From the NCBI GenBank assembly GCA_008632985.1, contig QPGO01000027.1, positions 434,001-498,000 on the forward strand: a DNA stretch of 64,000 nucleotides, in the 5' to 3' direction. Of this stretch, positions 1 to 13,407 are shown piece by piece; the first letter of the stretch is position 1, and every line of letters starts with the position of its first letter. Origin of the DNA: Psammoneis japonica. Lineage: Eukaryota. The notes beneath the pieces were generated by a model. It was not told where the DNA came from. It saw only the letters and a list, made by a program, of their open reading frames with translations, and made no database searches. A program made the position numbers and the translations under genes.

Positions 1-3000
1 TGTAGACATGCAAGGACAAAATCTACTTGTGAGTGCCATCCATGCATGATGGAGATGCAGGAACAACCAAGCCATGGTCCAGCACAGAGCAGGGGCACAA
101 GTCTGGTCACAGCACTTTCTTTTAATTTGCTCACAATGTCCACCAAGGGTCAGATGACTCTTCCACTCACAGACCTTGGGTGCATGGATTAAGCACTTGT
201 GCTTTGTTGACCAAACTGTGGGCAAGATGATCTTGTTGTCAGGGACATTTGATTTCTCACAAATCTCCCTGTGCTCACAAGCAGTGTGGTCTTGGATTTC
301 CTTGACCACAGCCTCCTTGAATTGAGGAGCATCTGGTTGCTTCATGGCTTGATGCACACACATGGTGTCAGGGTTGGCTGATGCTTTCATTAAGTGTGAG
401 ATTGGGTCATCAAGATTGGCTTGAAATTCCTGTTTTGAGCACATGTTCTGATCCAGTGCATTGAACTTGACTTTGCATGAGACAAATTTGGCCTGGCATT
501 GCAACTCTGATTCAATCACACATTGCATCAGCTGAACTCTTGCATTCAGAAGAATGTGTTGTTCACAGTGCTGGTGGAGGTTCTGGCTTGGGAATGTCCA
601 ACTTGTTCCCTCATTCATTGTGGCCATTGCACCTTCCTCATTTTCAGCCATCTCCTCTTGAACAGTTGCTTGCTTGGGCACATCAGCAGGTTCAGCCTCA
701 TGGCAAATTTTGGTTGCAATTTGCATGGTCCTGATGTGTGCTGGTGTTTTGGTCTTCTCATCAAGTTGTGATTCTTGAACCTTTGAGTCTTGGACAAAGT
801 GGCAGATTTTCTGCCAGCAGGACTCAGTCTCACACTGAGATTTGAGCATCTCAAACAAATCATCAAATCTCACATGATGCTGAGGTGAGACCATGACTGT
901 GTGAGGTTTGGCACCAAAGCAATGGAATGAGAGTGCTGCAGCACTGGTCCTTCAAGGTGCAGACCAACTCTTGAGCAGGAATCCCACTTGGGCATTGACT
1001 TGTTAGATTGCAATTTGTTGTCACTGAGAACACAGACTGGGCAAGCAAAATGATGAAAGTGCCAAATTTTTCATGGGTGCTTTAGCAAAAACTTGGTTGG
1101 AGAGAGTTGCTGTCCAATTGCCAGGATGCAGTCATGTGCAGTGCTTGTGTGTCAAAGAGCACGAGGCCACAGGGTGAGTTCTGCTGGTTTCAGCCATCAG
1201 CGTTTGGCATGAATGAGTTGGTTTCTTGCCAAATTTTGCAAGCTGCACATCCTCTTGTTCTCAGAAATCCCATTTTGAAATTGGGCATTGACTCCACAGA
1301 AGGAGATCAACTGATTTGTTTCTTCAATTGCAAAGAGGCATGCATGGTTGACAAAGCATCGGTTGTTGGCATGACAGTGACAAATGTGCACTTTGAGAGA
1401 ATGAGAGCATGCTTTGAACACGCACGCTTGGCTGCAACAGTCTCAGTTCCAGTCAAAGTTGTTTGCAAATGAACAAAAGAGAATCTGCTGCAGTTGTCAG
1501 TGAATGCAGCAGTGCAACAATGGTGTTTTGTGGTTGCCCAACCCTTCAATTGACAAACAAGGCATGTTGTTGTCACGTCCAGCTGATCCACCAACACACA
1601 CTGACTGGGCTCTGCAGCCTTGAACATTTTGCATTGCCCAGTGTCACACCTCACTTTCCAAGGTGCTTTTGTTGCTTTTCCAAGTCAACAAGCAGCACAT
1701 TGAGGGACATGACACTCTGCAAGGTGACAAGGTAAATCCTTGTTGCAAGCCACAGCTTGCGCGCACAAAAAGGGGAGATGACCAGCGCCAAAGTAAATTT
1801 TGTGTGATGGACTCATTGGCACAATTGGCTCATCATCTTCAATGACTGGCCTTTGACCCAAATCACAAGCAGAGAGGTTGAAATCTGCAGCATTGTTGTT
1901 GCACCATGAAGGTGTTGAATGATTGTCAGTGGCAGCTCCCTTGCTGTGGGCAGTTGCGTCACCAGGGACTTCATCAACAGGAGCAGTCATTGGACAGGAG
2001 GGTTGGTTGGCATGGTCTGAGACCCCATCGGGTGGAGGATCATGTGCATGAGCAACAACAGCATCAGCGCTGTTGTCATTGGGCAGAATCAGGTGTGCTT
2101 GGAGTGCACAAAAAACTTTGTCTTGACAACAGTCGCAGGTTTTGCACAGCACTCAAAGGGACTTGAAAGAAAGGGCAGAGCACAAGACACTGACATCGCT
2201 CTTGTTGAAAGGGGCCAACCATGTGAATTTCTGGTCCATCCACTCAAGCATGATGCAGTTGTTTGCAGCAATGACACAAGTCCCTTCATGGGCATGCTCT
2301 TGTGGCTTGAGAGCTTGAGCCAAGTGTTGTGGAGATGGGAGCCACATTGGGAGATCAAGGACATGAAATGCACCAGGGACATGCAAGGAGCAGATCTCTC
2401 CAAGGTCATCTTGCATGGTCCAACAAATGGCTGTTTTGCAGGAGGTCAACATGTTGCCCAAGATGCCTGCAATGTTTGTGGTGACCTTTGTTGGTGGTGA
2501 AATGAAATCAGACATCAAGTTTGTCAAGCAACAGGAGGCATGGTCGTCAATGCCAAGCAGGAATGAGTTGGCACTAAAGCTGTGGTCATTGTGGGTGGCA
2601 TGTGGATGTGTGTCAGTCACAGATGAGCATCCAAGGACAGGCTCGCAGGTGACATGCACCTCAACCATCAGGCTGTGCATGATGCGTGCACTGCATTTGT
2701 GACAAATGCAGCAATGGCAACAACCAGTGCCCCCTTTGCAGCAACTCTGAGGTTTTTCTCACACAAGGTTTGAGGCCAATGTCAAAGTAAAAAGGTCGGG
2801 CTGAGTCAGGCATGAGATCACATGCTCTGCTGATCACATTGACTGTGACGGGAGTTGCTTTCACAAGCATCAAGAAAGATCTTGACCCTTGGGATCACCA
2901 GCTTTGGTTCAACAGGAGTGTGCCAAGCCCATTTTCCTTCAAATTTCAGCTTTTCACCCTTCTTGCATTTGACAGCATTTGACTTCTTCTGGGATGTTCT

Positions 3001-3600
3001 GGCAGTGGAAGGTTTCTGTGAAGGTGACCCCTGCAATGACTTTTGGTCACACGAGTTCTTGAGCTTGTTGATTTTTTCACAAAGAGCCATGATCTGCTCT
3101 TGTTCACTGGTCAAGACATTTCATTTCTTGGAACTTCTTTTCAGCACAAATCATGAGTTGCTTGGAAGCAATGTCTTCTCCATCATTGCAGTCATTGTTG
3201 ATTTGTTTGGCACACTTGGTGAAGGCCTTTTCTCAGCACAGGCAGCATGTCCCGCACAAACTTGTTAAAAACCTTGATGTCATGCTTGGCAGTCTCTGCC
3301 ATGTGGACATCCAAGGCAGAGAGCTCCAAATGAACATGGGAAGTGACAGCAGCTGTGACACCTTGGGCTGCTGCCTTTCTCAACCAGCCCATCATTCTTG
3401 GTGGAGATTGCCACACTTTCATGGAGCAGATGGATCCCAGCTTCAAACTGAGTCCATGCATTGCCAGCCTCTGCCAACAGAAGTCTCATTGGAAGAGCCT
3501 CCAAGTCACTGCTCACTGCTTTGCATGGGACCGACGCTATCCTGGGCATGTTTCTCTTGCGTGCTGCTAAAAGCATTCCATGCACAGACATCTGCTGCAC
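1..3600 (-). mobile_element. Degenerate Ty1/Copia (CoDi-like) LTR retrotransposon remnant: gag, protease, integrase and start of RT; runs off the window start
   Basis: Minus-strand fragments in Copia order. Gag-like ~3600-2820 (AVTSHVHLELSALDVHM..DIKVFNKFV). Protease ~2680-2150 (SFLLGIDDHASCC...LPSPQHLAQ). Integrase ~1650-860 (CVLVDQL..QLKG..SRFSFVHLQ..ETVAAK; CHCHANNRCF; ISFCGVNAQFQNGISE). Pre-RT motif below 390 (ASANPDTMCVHQAMKQPDA.QFKEA). Many frameshifts and stops; no LTR identified. Confidence 0.9.
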
Positions 3601-4045
3601 CACAGAGGGTCAGCGAAGCTTAAAATGACGAATGGTGACCGTTTCACTCCGTCATGCCGCCCGTGTGTTCCCTCAGCATCTCAGCGATGAATTCCTGAAA
3701 ACGCATGACGAAATTCAATTTGTCTACCTACTTCTAGGTCAACACTTAAATGTTCTAACGAGAAGAGGAGCGGTACTCTCGTAAACCTTGCTATATACAA
3801 AACATCGATTACTGCAGGCTGCTTTCTATAGCAACAGCAAACCCGATTCTTCTTTTTTTCTATTTTTGGGTGGAGGGCCTCACACTAAGCGAACCTCCAC
3901 AATTTTGAATTTTTTCTTTTTGTTTTCTTCATTTAAATACAGGGCAGCCGACAACATTTGGCGCTCTTCAACATACATTTATACCCGCAACCTCTAAAAA
4001 ATCATCCTCGACGAAACCCGTGTGCATGCAGAGGGCCTGCAGGTC

Positions 4046-5974
4046 TTAGGTCCGAGGTGGTGGTGGAGGAGGCGGAGGGACGCGACGAGCCTGCGCCGGT
4101 GGAGGACCCTTTGGTGGGGGCGCCTTTGGTGGAGGAGGACGCGTTTTAGGTGGTGGCGGCCGACGAGCATTCGGATTGCCAGTAGGCTTCGGTGGCGCGG
4201 CGCGAGGTACTTGAGTCGAGCCCTTGTTCAAATTCGCACCACCTGCAGCCACCACTCGCCTGTTTGGAACAGAAGGCAGCTGACCGGCACGTTGCTTGAC
4301 CTTCTCCTCGTGCTTCGCCCTAGCTTCCAATTCGTGAACACTGTCAACGCCAAGTTTCATGTTTAGCTTGTTGGCAGGTTTCACAATGGGATTCTCGAAA
4401 AAGTACTCGGCATCCAAAGCCTGCTCAGTTGCCCATCGCTTCTTTGGATTGAGGACCATCAGATTCTGAATCAAATCTTTCGCGTGCTCCGTCATCCAGG
4501 CAGGGTACGGGAGTTGGGCCTTGAGCGCGTCGCGAATCCTGTTGGGGAACCGCGTGTCTTTCGGACCGGGCTCAAAGTTCTTCCAGAGGGGGCAGCACTC
4601 GTTAATGTCAGGCCAATCTTCAACGGTTGGATGTCCACAGGTTCTAAAGATAAGATCAAGCTGTCCGGCTTCGTCCCTACTCTTCAGGAATCCAGATCTG
4701 CGAAACATCTCAGCGATAATGCATCCACAGCTCCACATGTCGATCTTTGGAGTGTAGGCCTTGCATCCGAGGAGCAATTCCGGTGGGCGATACCACAACG
4801 TAATGACGCGATTCGTCAATCGACTCATTGAACTGTTCCAGCTGCGCGCCAGCCCCCAATCCGCAATCTTGAGCTCTCCCTTGCGGTTGATCAAAAGATT
4901 CGACGACTTCAAGTCGCGATGAATGACTTTGTTCTTGTGCATGTAGTGCACACCACTGAGAAGCTGCTGCGACCACGACTTAATATGGTCTTGGCTGAAC
5001 CGGACCTCCGGCGTTTCGAGGATTCCCGTAAGGTCAAACTCAAGGTATTCGAATACCATAAAGACGTTCCTTGGGATTTCGCCTTGCTCTCCTTGCTCTT
5101 TGTTGTGGGGAGATATATCACCGCGCACGGACAAAAGAGTAGGAAAACATTGTAAGTTTCAAGGTAACAACATGCAAATAACAGGATACGAATTTCCGCG
5201 AGCAACAAGCAGGAACGCATACGACGGCGCGACAAACCCAAAAGGAATACGAAACGACCCAACCCCTCCAATCAACACTTTTGAAGACGTCTCTATCACT
5301 GTAAGGGGTTCATACGAGTTCACGCGAATTGCTTCACAACCAGCAGCGCAACACTGCAAACAAAAGCAAGTTAGCTGCCTGCACGGCAGGAGTAACGCAC
5401 CCTTGGAAGTAACAATCTCCTTCAGCTGCACAATGTTTGGATGGTGGAGAGCCTTTAGAATCTTCACTTCCCTGATTGCAGTGATTGGAAAACCATTTTC
5501 TTCTTGTTCCGTGTTGATTCGCTTTAATGCAACAACATCTCCAGACTGCTGGTCGGAAGCAAGAAAGACACTCCTTCAACGCGCAACACCGAAAAGGCGT
5601 CAGATGCAAGGTATACTTCAAATTGAAATCACCCACAAAGGAGGGGAAACCTACCCATAAGTTCCTTGCCCCACCTTCTTCTCGCGTTTGTACACAGAAA
5701 AATCACGGAGTAAGGTGGGAGCCGCAATCGAAATGGAGGGTCGGCGCTGCCTTCGTTGAGGAGGCGCGTGAGGCAACACTGTGCTGGTGTCGTGAGCACG
5801 TTTTGCGCCCGCGACACCAGTTCGAGCCTGTGGAGGTGGCCCAGGAGGGGGTGGGGGTTTAGGCCTTCCTGCAGGTGGCGGTGGTCTTCCGCCACTACGC
5901 GGGGGAGGAGGAGGAGGGGGCTTTCCCGGTGGTGGGCCGGGAGGGGGTGGGGGTCGAACCATTGCTGACGCCAT
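4046..5974 (-). CDS. CDKC: Cyclin-dependent kinase C (CDK9/12-like, PITAIRE) with Pro-rich termini; 3 exons (~5974-5655, 5573-5401, 5097-4046)
   Basis: Spliced product contains GQGTYGSV, VALK, GFPITAIRE, HRDLKSSN, DWGLAR and VITLWYRPPELLLG. GT-AG introns keep frame. Start codon uncertain (5974 or 5962). Confidence 0.92.
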
Positions 5975-6970
5975 GCCGCTTTCGAGAGAGATGGCCGAAG
6001 ACGACGTCTTTGCCGGCAATGAAATCTTTAATGTGTAAGAAAGTTAAAGGAACTGCGCGTGCTCGATCTCACAGCAAAACAGATCCAAAACCACGTTTGA
6101 ACAACCTCCAAGAATAACAATCACTTGTCCCAGATGATCCCTTTCGCTAGCGTCAACTCCAAAAGGAGCAAAAGACTCCGTCGAGTCTGCCCTGATAAGT
6201 CCTCTAGTTCAATCAAACTGGAACAAGAGGCGCAAAGAAAGAAACGCAAAGAGTGTCAGAGACAAGAAGTACCGGTAGGGGACGAAACGACTCGAGTGTT
6301 GTGTCGTGCATATTTTTTGCTGCAGCAGCAACAGTCGACGGCCAGACAAAGTTGGGCATGCTTTGTATGCGTCCTACTAAAACACGTAGAAATCTACGTA
6401 GAGAACCGCAGCGAAACTCGACCAATCACGTCTCGCGTAGCGGCCACGTAGGGCCCTACTAGATACAACGCGCACACCGTGACCATGACGACCGACTTGC
6501 TGTTCACGAAAACGCTTCGCTGCTTTTAACTCAATCACGTACCAAATGCTTCAAATCGATAATAGAAAGGACGGGGCACCGTGTTTATGCCCGGAAAGGG
6601 TAAGGTAGGGGGGGGAGAAGAGCAACAAGACAAGGGACCGGCGAGAGCAACGTCTCGCTGGGACAAGTGAGTGAGTCGGACGACGATGACCGGAACGATT
6701 TCGAGCTCGACACGTCAGCACGACTATCGCCGGACTACCTGCAATAATTGATTTATTTATGGATACAATGTCATTGCATGTCCATGAATTTGTTATTATA
6801 TAACGATGATAATAATAATACTTTTCGCGGAAAATCATTTGTGGAATAAGGAATCTCCCGGTGCAAAAAATTCAAACATCGACAAGCAACAAAAAATTTG
6901 ACCATGAGGATTGAGCGGTTTGCGGCGTTGACGTTCCTTCATTGCAGCTGATTGTGTCGGAGAACTTGTC

Positions 6971-8511
6971 ATGATTACGAAAACTTTACTTACAACGTGT
7001 AGATGTCACCTTCGGGTTCATGGCGCAGGTAGAAGCCTTCAGCGATCGACAACATTCAGACGTTCTCCGTGTTGCGAGTCGTCACATCTTTCATTCATTT
7101 CTCCCCGATGCTTTTCGCAGATACCAGAAAATCGTCGTAAAGAAACGCTATCTGATGTTAGCTATTGTAGTGAGATGGCCCCACATATTCGGAGTTGCTT
7201 GAATCAACGCGACGAAAAAGCGACAGAGCTAAGCACTAGAGACACGGGGTTCACCGTGGCAATCCTCGGATCGGGAGCCTCTACTCCAAGTACTACTCGA
7301 AACACGAGTGCTACGGTCCTTCGGTTGGGAGGAATGTCGTTCTTATTTGATGCTGGAGAAGGTATACAGCTCCAAATGGCATTTTCAAAGCTTGGGATTG
7401 GACAAATACAAAAGATTTTCATTTCTCATTTGCACGGGGATCACTTGTTTGGGCTGCCCGGCCTATTGCTACAGTTGAGAACTGTGTTTGCATCCAAACA
7501 TGCACCGAAAGTTGATATTTATGGCCCCCCTGGATTGCATACCTATATTTGTGCCAATTTGGCTCTTGCGTGCTCGGCCTTTGCTGGATTCAACGTGGTA
7601 GTTCACGAACTAGTTGGCGGCGCCGCAGAAGGAGGACCCAAGGGCGGAAAATGGGGGGGAAACAAAAGGCAAAAGAATATTTTCCTAGACTCTTATCCGG
7701 AAATTTCGAATCGATGGCTCACGAAACGCAGAATTGAGCGGAATGCTGATGGAACGTGGACAATCGAGAACCACCGGATCTGTCTGCGCCTCGGGATGGA
7801 GAAAGTTTTGTCGAGTCCAACAATGTAAACGCTAGTTCACGCCGACGCTTGTATATTTCTGCAGCTGAAGTTACCCACTTGCCCGGTGTTCAAACTTTTG
7901 GATTTGTCGTCAAAGAGCTTGAGCCTCCACGAAAGATTGATCCAGAAAAGGCTACCCTGCTGGGTGTGAAGCCAGGTCCAAAGTACAAACTACTAAAACA
8001 TGGATTTCCGGTAATGAGTGACGACAACTCGCAAAAGATTCAACCAGAGAGTGTTCTATTGGACGCGACTACAAAAGCAAGAAAGTTTGCTCTCATTGGA
8101 GATAATTGTGGTGTATCACCAGCAATGGCAAGCTTGTGTCAGAATGCAGATGTTCTTGTCCACGAGGCGACCGTCTCTGGTGCGAACGTTTCGGTAAGTC
8201 GTACTCACGTGATATTGTAATCCACAATGGATACATATTCATTTCTTTAGCTTGTGTTGGCTGTGTAGGAGATTGTTGCTCGGGGACACTCATCTGCAGA
8301 AATGGCTGGTGCCTTTGCAAAGTCGGTGAACGCTAAAGTACTGTTGTTAAATCACCTTTCTGCTAGTATCAGCAGCACGGAAGAAGTGGAGCTAATCGAG
8401 CAAGTGAAGTCAACCAATGACGGCGTCAGTCGAATTGTTGCGTCTCAAGACTTCATGGAAGTAATTGTTCCTCGATTGGGATTCGGGTTCGATGCGAAGT
8501 CGAATAATTGA
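6971..8511 (+). CDS. Ribonuclease Z (metallo-beta-lactamase fold) with an organellar-type N-terminal extension
   Basis: Motifs ILGSGASTP, FDAGEG, SHLHGDHLFG, GD, HEAT, GHS and LNHLS. Intron ~8194-8268. A frame change near 7756-7835 is either a 1-bp indel or a weak-donor 80-nt intron. Confidence 0.88.
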
Positions 8512-8600
8512 TGAAGAGATCGGCTACCCTGAAAAAGTTCATTATTAATATAGCAACATAGAGTAGTTTGTGAAAAAATCGGAGAGATGTCTGAATCCGT

Positions 8601-10270
8601 TTAGGACGTCTTCTGTTTTTCTGGCTGCTTCAAAAAGCTACAAACTGTGTAGAACACCAAACCGATTGCAAAACCAATCGTTGGACTGGTGCACGCCGTC
8701 GACAGAGCTGTTCCCCACCCAACAATAAAGTCATATCCTTTCATTTTCATCAAATCCTTTGGCATGACAACACTCATAACGACAGCACTGAGAATCACAG
8801 CGCTCAAAGCCGCTTTCGGAGTCGGACTCATAATGCTCATGTAAGGCAACAGGTAAATCCAAAATATCGCTGTCACAAGGCATGCCATTTGCGATGTGGT
8901 CCCAGTCATGCGCGAAACCAAGGAACGTGACATGCTCCCACTGACAGGTGCCGACCCGACAGCACCAGCCACTCCGCATGAAACTCCTTGTGCAATGAGT
9001 TCCCGTCTGGCTGACCAAGGAATGTTGTCTTCCACCTCAAACACTGAAATTGTTCCCATGATTGACAGGAAGTTGACACCGGCAAATAAAGTCGCAGAGA
9101 TAAATAGCATTACCCATGAATTTCCAAAACGTTCCACAATTGGTACATCCGTGAAAAGACTCTTGACGTCGAGAAACTCCACCGGAAGAGTAATCCTGCC
9201 GCCAAAGAATGATACTCCAGCATCGGGATCAATCGCGGGTATTTCGCCCACAATACCACCATTGTATTCGTAGTTCATACTGTAGAGGGTTGCAGCTGCG
9301 GTTGCAATGATAACTTCTGTCCCCGGTGGGCACACCTTGGGGAGAATTTTCTTTCCATTCATCACAAAAGCTGTGCAAAGAGCGAATACAAGAGTAGGCG
9401 CGAATGCCCACAGCTGTGGATGGGTTATCGCGTACAACGTGTTCGAAACGTTTACTGCCCCGGTAGCCGCAGGAAAGTTCGATTTCACCATTTGAACAAA
9501 GTCTCCGACCGCGGAATCAGCGACGACTGCTTTGAGTTCCTTTGCGCCACCAGCAAAGAGACCATTGGGAACAGCATTCACAAACACTCCACAGGCAGTG
9601 CCCCACTAAAAAGTGAGCAAGCGAGGATGAGCTTCATAAGAACTTCCAAACCTTCCTTTGTGCAATGCATTCGAACGTTTGTCGTACCTTGAACCCCCGT
9701 CGCACCGGCTGCGGAACACTTTGTGCAAGCTTACCAAAGCCCGTAAATGCCAAGATGATGGATGCTAGACCAATGTACATAGTATAGGCAGACACAAGCT
9801 TCACGTATTCTTCTTCACCATGCTCGCTCAAGAACGATTCGCCGTCCAAATCAGACTTCGCCATTAGTGCGGTAATACTTGTCACACCACTGTTCATAAA
9901 GGGCGACCCGGTGAAAAGCCCCCAGGCAAATAGCGAGGGACCAGCCGTTGACAAGCCACGGGCTCCCGCATATCCGACCATCTCAGCATACGCAATCAGC
10001 TGTGGGACAGATGTGGCTGCCATGATGGCCCCAGATATAACATCCCGTACCGGGCTGAAGTAACGTGGAAACAGCAGCAAGGTTTGTGTTGTAGTATGCA
10101 TGCACGGTAGGAAAGGATGATAATCTGCAAACTAGTATAACTTACTTGAACTTTGGAGGTGGCATGTTTTAAAACGCTCTTGACGTCGCAATAAGTTGAT
10201 CTTCCTGTCCACAAAGCTCCTCCGCTGAGATTGATGGAGTCATAAAAGTCATACAATAATGGTCTCCTCT
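8601..10270 (-). CDS. SLC26/SulP family anion (sulfate/bicarbonate) transporter, multi-exon
   Basis: DVISGAIMAATSVPQLIAYA, RELIAQG and GSMSRS motifs plus many TM segments. Introns at about 10145-10057 and 9687-9606. 5' end not resolved. Confidence 0.85.
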
Positions 10271-10667
10271 GTCAACAAAAGAGGGCAAAAAAGGGAAAAA
10301 TGTGAGCGCCGCGTAGTGCCACGTGGATGGTAGAAAACGAGTGAGTGTCGTGAGCAGTCGTGCGCCAAAAAAAGCTCTTTTTGTCCCATAATAATTTAAC
10401 TATCAATATTAAAAAAAATTCGTTTAAGAATACGTATTATACTATAGATGTTGCATACTCCAAAATAATAATTAGTATTAAGTCATAAATATTCAATTAT
10501 TTGTGATGGCGACGAGTTCATTTTTTGTGGACCGTTGATTGCGTTGATCGTGGAAAAAGTATCTACATACATCCCAGCTGGCACAAGCTTCAAAGGGAAG
10601 AGGTGTCGTTTAGCTAGAACACTCGTCTTGGTTCAGTTTGAAGGTTTCCTTACCCGCAATAGTTCGA

Positions 10668-11398
10668 TGGAGAATTTATGCCTCTGGAGTTGTGGTGGAG
10701 GACGGGGCAGTGACACTTTAGATGAAGTGGACCGAGCGCGAGCCGCAGCCGTAGCGCATGGTGGAGGACGAGGCAGTGACACTTCAGATGCAGTGGACCG
10801 AGCCCGAGCCGCAGCCGCAGCGCAGCTTGAATCAGATCGTTGTGATCGTGGTTGGATACATCATGACAGCAATAGTGACGAATCGTTTCTATCTTCTTCG
10901 GAAGAAAGTAGTGAGACTGACTCCTCGTATGAATCTCACGGTTTGTCGAGGAAGGATTTGGACCTTGTCGTCGACGAGTTTAGGCATGTCCCTAAAAGCG
11001 GAGCGTCTGATGTTTCCGAGGGGCAAATCTCCAACGATGACTTGACTCTTGTTCGGGAAGAACTGCAGACGATGGGGGTAGAAGTTGATAGCTTGCAACC
11101 ACATGGCGAACCCAGAAAGGAAACAACGAGAGCGCTTTCTTCCCCTCGTCGAAGCTCGAGGAAGAAAATGGCGCTTCAGAGAGAAATGCAGCAAGATGCC
11201 AGAGAACAAACGTACACTGCTGCACACGTGAGCTATGTACACAATGAAAGCCGACCAACTTCTGATTCCAAACAAGGTCAGAAACTGCGCGTGTCAGAAG
11301 CGGACTTAAATCTCGTCTACAAAGACTTGATAAAACATGGAATGTCGCCAGAAGCCATGAATGACGGAAATGGGTCAGCGTGCTCCCAGAGAAAGTGA
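10668..11398 (+). CDS. Hypothetical low-complexity protein
   Basis: Uninterrupted ORF with normal dinucleotide composition, an internal 22-aa duplication and a recurring DL.LV..E/D motif. No recognised domain. Confidence 0.55.
10693..10823 (+). repeat. Two tandem 66-bp coding repeats (GGGRGSDTxDxVDRARAAAxA)
   Basis: Near-identical units start at 10693 and 10759. Confidence 0.9.
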
Positions 11399-12678
11399 TT
11401 GATAGAGAAATGTCGTATTCGGGCATGGATCTAGGGGGGGGGGTTGGTAGTTTGATTGAAAATGAAACTGGGGATTCTACAGAATGTGAGAGATTCAAGA
11501 TGCGGCCATCAAGAATCCTCTTCACATTTAAAAACGAAGGATATTGCGTGGGATGACGGACTTGAATCCTTGCGCAAAGTGATGACGACGTTTTGGAGGC
11601 CTTGCGTACGCTACGCGAGTGTGTCTTAGACAGATGCATCGACAAACAAAAAACTTGGTCCGTGGTGAAAAACACAACAAAGAATTCAGGAGAAAATGCT
11701 AGACAGTTTCGGCGTTGTTTGGAAAGAAGAAAGTGAGAAGAAGAGAAACTACAGTATAATGATATTTAGGTAAACGCATTGGGGGGCAACAATAGGAAAA
11801 CTTCTACCTTGACCTGCGCAAAACCAATGATGGTCGGATCGTACGCAAATCCTCTCGTACATTGTCAAAATTTCAGAACACGGTAGTGCAGAATAGTATT
11901 CAATGGCCAATAGTGTTCACTTGACCTTCCCTTCCTTGGAGGGCCAAGGACAGTTCAGCACATGGTTGCATTAGACGATGGGTAGTCACAAATTAATATT
12001 GCCTGGAAAAATCTTCTGACACAAAGAAGTCGAAGCGAACGGCATTCGAGATCGGGAGAAGTCCGAGATACGCATAGTAAGAATCAATCTGACTCTAGAC
12101 TAGTCTAGTGTGCACCAACAAGGTGTCCTTTGGAAGAGTTCCTTCATTCTTATGCTCGTAGAAAGCACGTCTGAGACGAATGGTAACATTTCATCATCTA
12201 GAATCGTATCCTCAAACAGCAAAAGAGAATTGAATCCATAAAATGGATGAGCCTCGTAGGATCACAAAGGTAAGGATCATCCGTATTGGTGCGGCAAGGA
12301 AAACGCATGGGCCATTAAAAGTTCTCCTGGATGTTTGTCCTTCTCTGCTTCTTGGTATAAGGCTCGAAGATCTTCTCGTAGAGGTCAAATAAACACGGGC
12401 TCAAGGATTCTTCTTCGCCACTGGCGGGCTCCATCTGACGAAGCAATACGGATCTTTTCGCAGTGGAAATACATCTCCTTTTCGGAAGCAGCGTTCTCGC
12501 CCAATAGAGTTTTGCCCGTTAAGTTAAGAAAAATCTCCTTTATCTGGCACACGATCTCCCAGAAACTTGCAATCAGTCTTTGCTTGATTTCTTGTATGGA
12601 CTTAAGTTTGTAGACGAGTGTCAGACCTGGGTCTCCTCCTCGGACTTGTTGTCGATGAGCTTAACATCCACGGAAAAT

Positions 12679-13140
12679 TTATGGGTTACAACGACTCCCT
12701 CCATACAGCTTGTCATACCTTTGTCTTACTTGCAAAGGGGATTTGTTGGGTATTAGTGCCGCTACTCGCTCTTCCCATTCGGGCTCGTTGCCGTCCGCAG
12801 CGTCCTCGCCTTCTCTTGGGAGATGCACTGCCAACAGGGTATCAAACAAAACAGTCTCCTCCATACTCCACTCATTGCTTACTGACGTATCGTTGAAAGA
12901 TTCCATAGCATCATCTTTTACGTGCTCAACACCACTTTCGTCGCAGAGAGTAGCCAGATACCGGAAAGCATACCGTTGCGTTTTCTCCTCGCTCCAAGAA
13001 AGTTCCTTAGCCATGGAGGACCACTCGCGACCCGTCGTTCCTTCGCCGTATCTTTCGAGACAAGCAACAAAGCGAGCATGGTCTTCGGGCGTGATTGTAT
13101 CATCGACCTGGTCATTCGACCGAGAAGCAGGCTCCGACAT
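12679..13140 (-). CDS. Small protein with two MYB/SANT-like domains
   Basis: ITPEDHARFVACLERYG...W..MAKEL and WSMEETVLFD...WEERVAALIPNKSPLQVRQRY match SANT/MYB helix patterns. Confidence 0.7.
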   Translation of the reverse strand: MSEPASRSNDQVDDTITPEDHARFVACLERYGEGTTGREWSSMAKELSWSEEKTQRYAFRYLATLCDESGVEHVKDDAMESFNDTSVSNEWSMEETVLFDTLLAVHLPREGEDAADGNEPEWEERVAALIPNKSPLQVRQRYDKLYGGSRCNP

Positions 13141-13299
13141 GGTCCCAGTTGTTATTACTGTTGCTCTTGGCGGTGGGCAGTGGGCAGTGGTGCAAGAAAC
13201 AGTACGACGTACGACGCGTGGACGCTTGCGCCCAAAATCTAACGGCCCCTCCCCCCACCAGCTCCAAAGCGGAGCAGAGGCCACTGTCATCCTACTCTC

Positions 13300-13376
13300 A
13301 TTGTTGTGCATGCATCGGAAAGTCTTCCTGCCACTCTTAAAATGATGGATGCACCTGTCTCACCCCTGGTGGTGGC

Positions 13377-13407
<31 letters not shown>

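Noticed and set aside
477..3623. Numerous short plus- and minus-strand ORFs as genes
   Set aside because: Fragments or antisense shadows of a decayed Copia element; ORF abundance follows from loss of TAA/TAG.
11450..12650. Possible minus-strand gene remnant (SIQEIKQRLIASFWEIV..., LYEKIFEPY...)
   Set aside because: Interrupted by stops with no recognisable family; cannot be supported as a feature.
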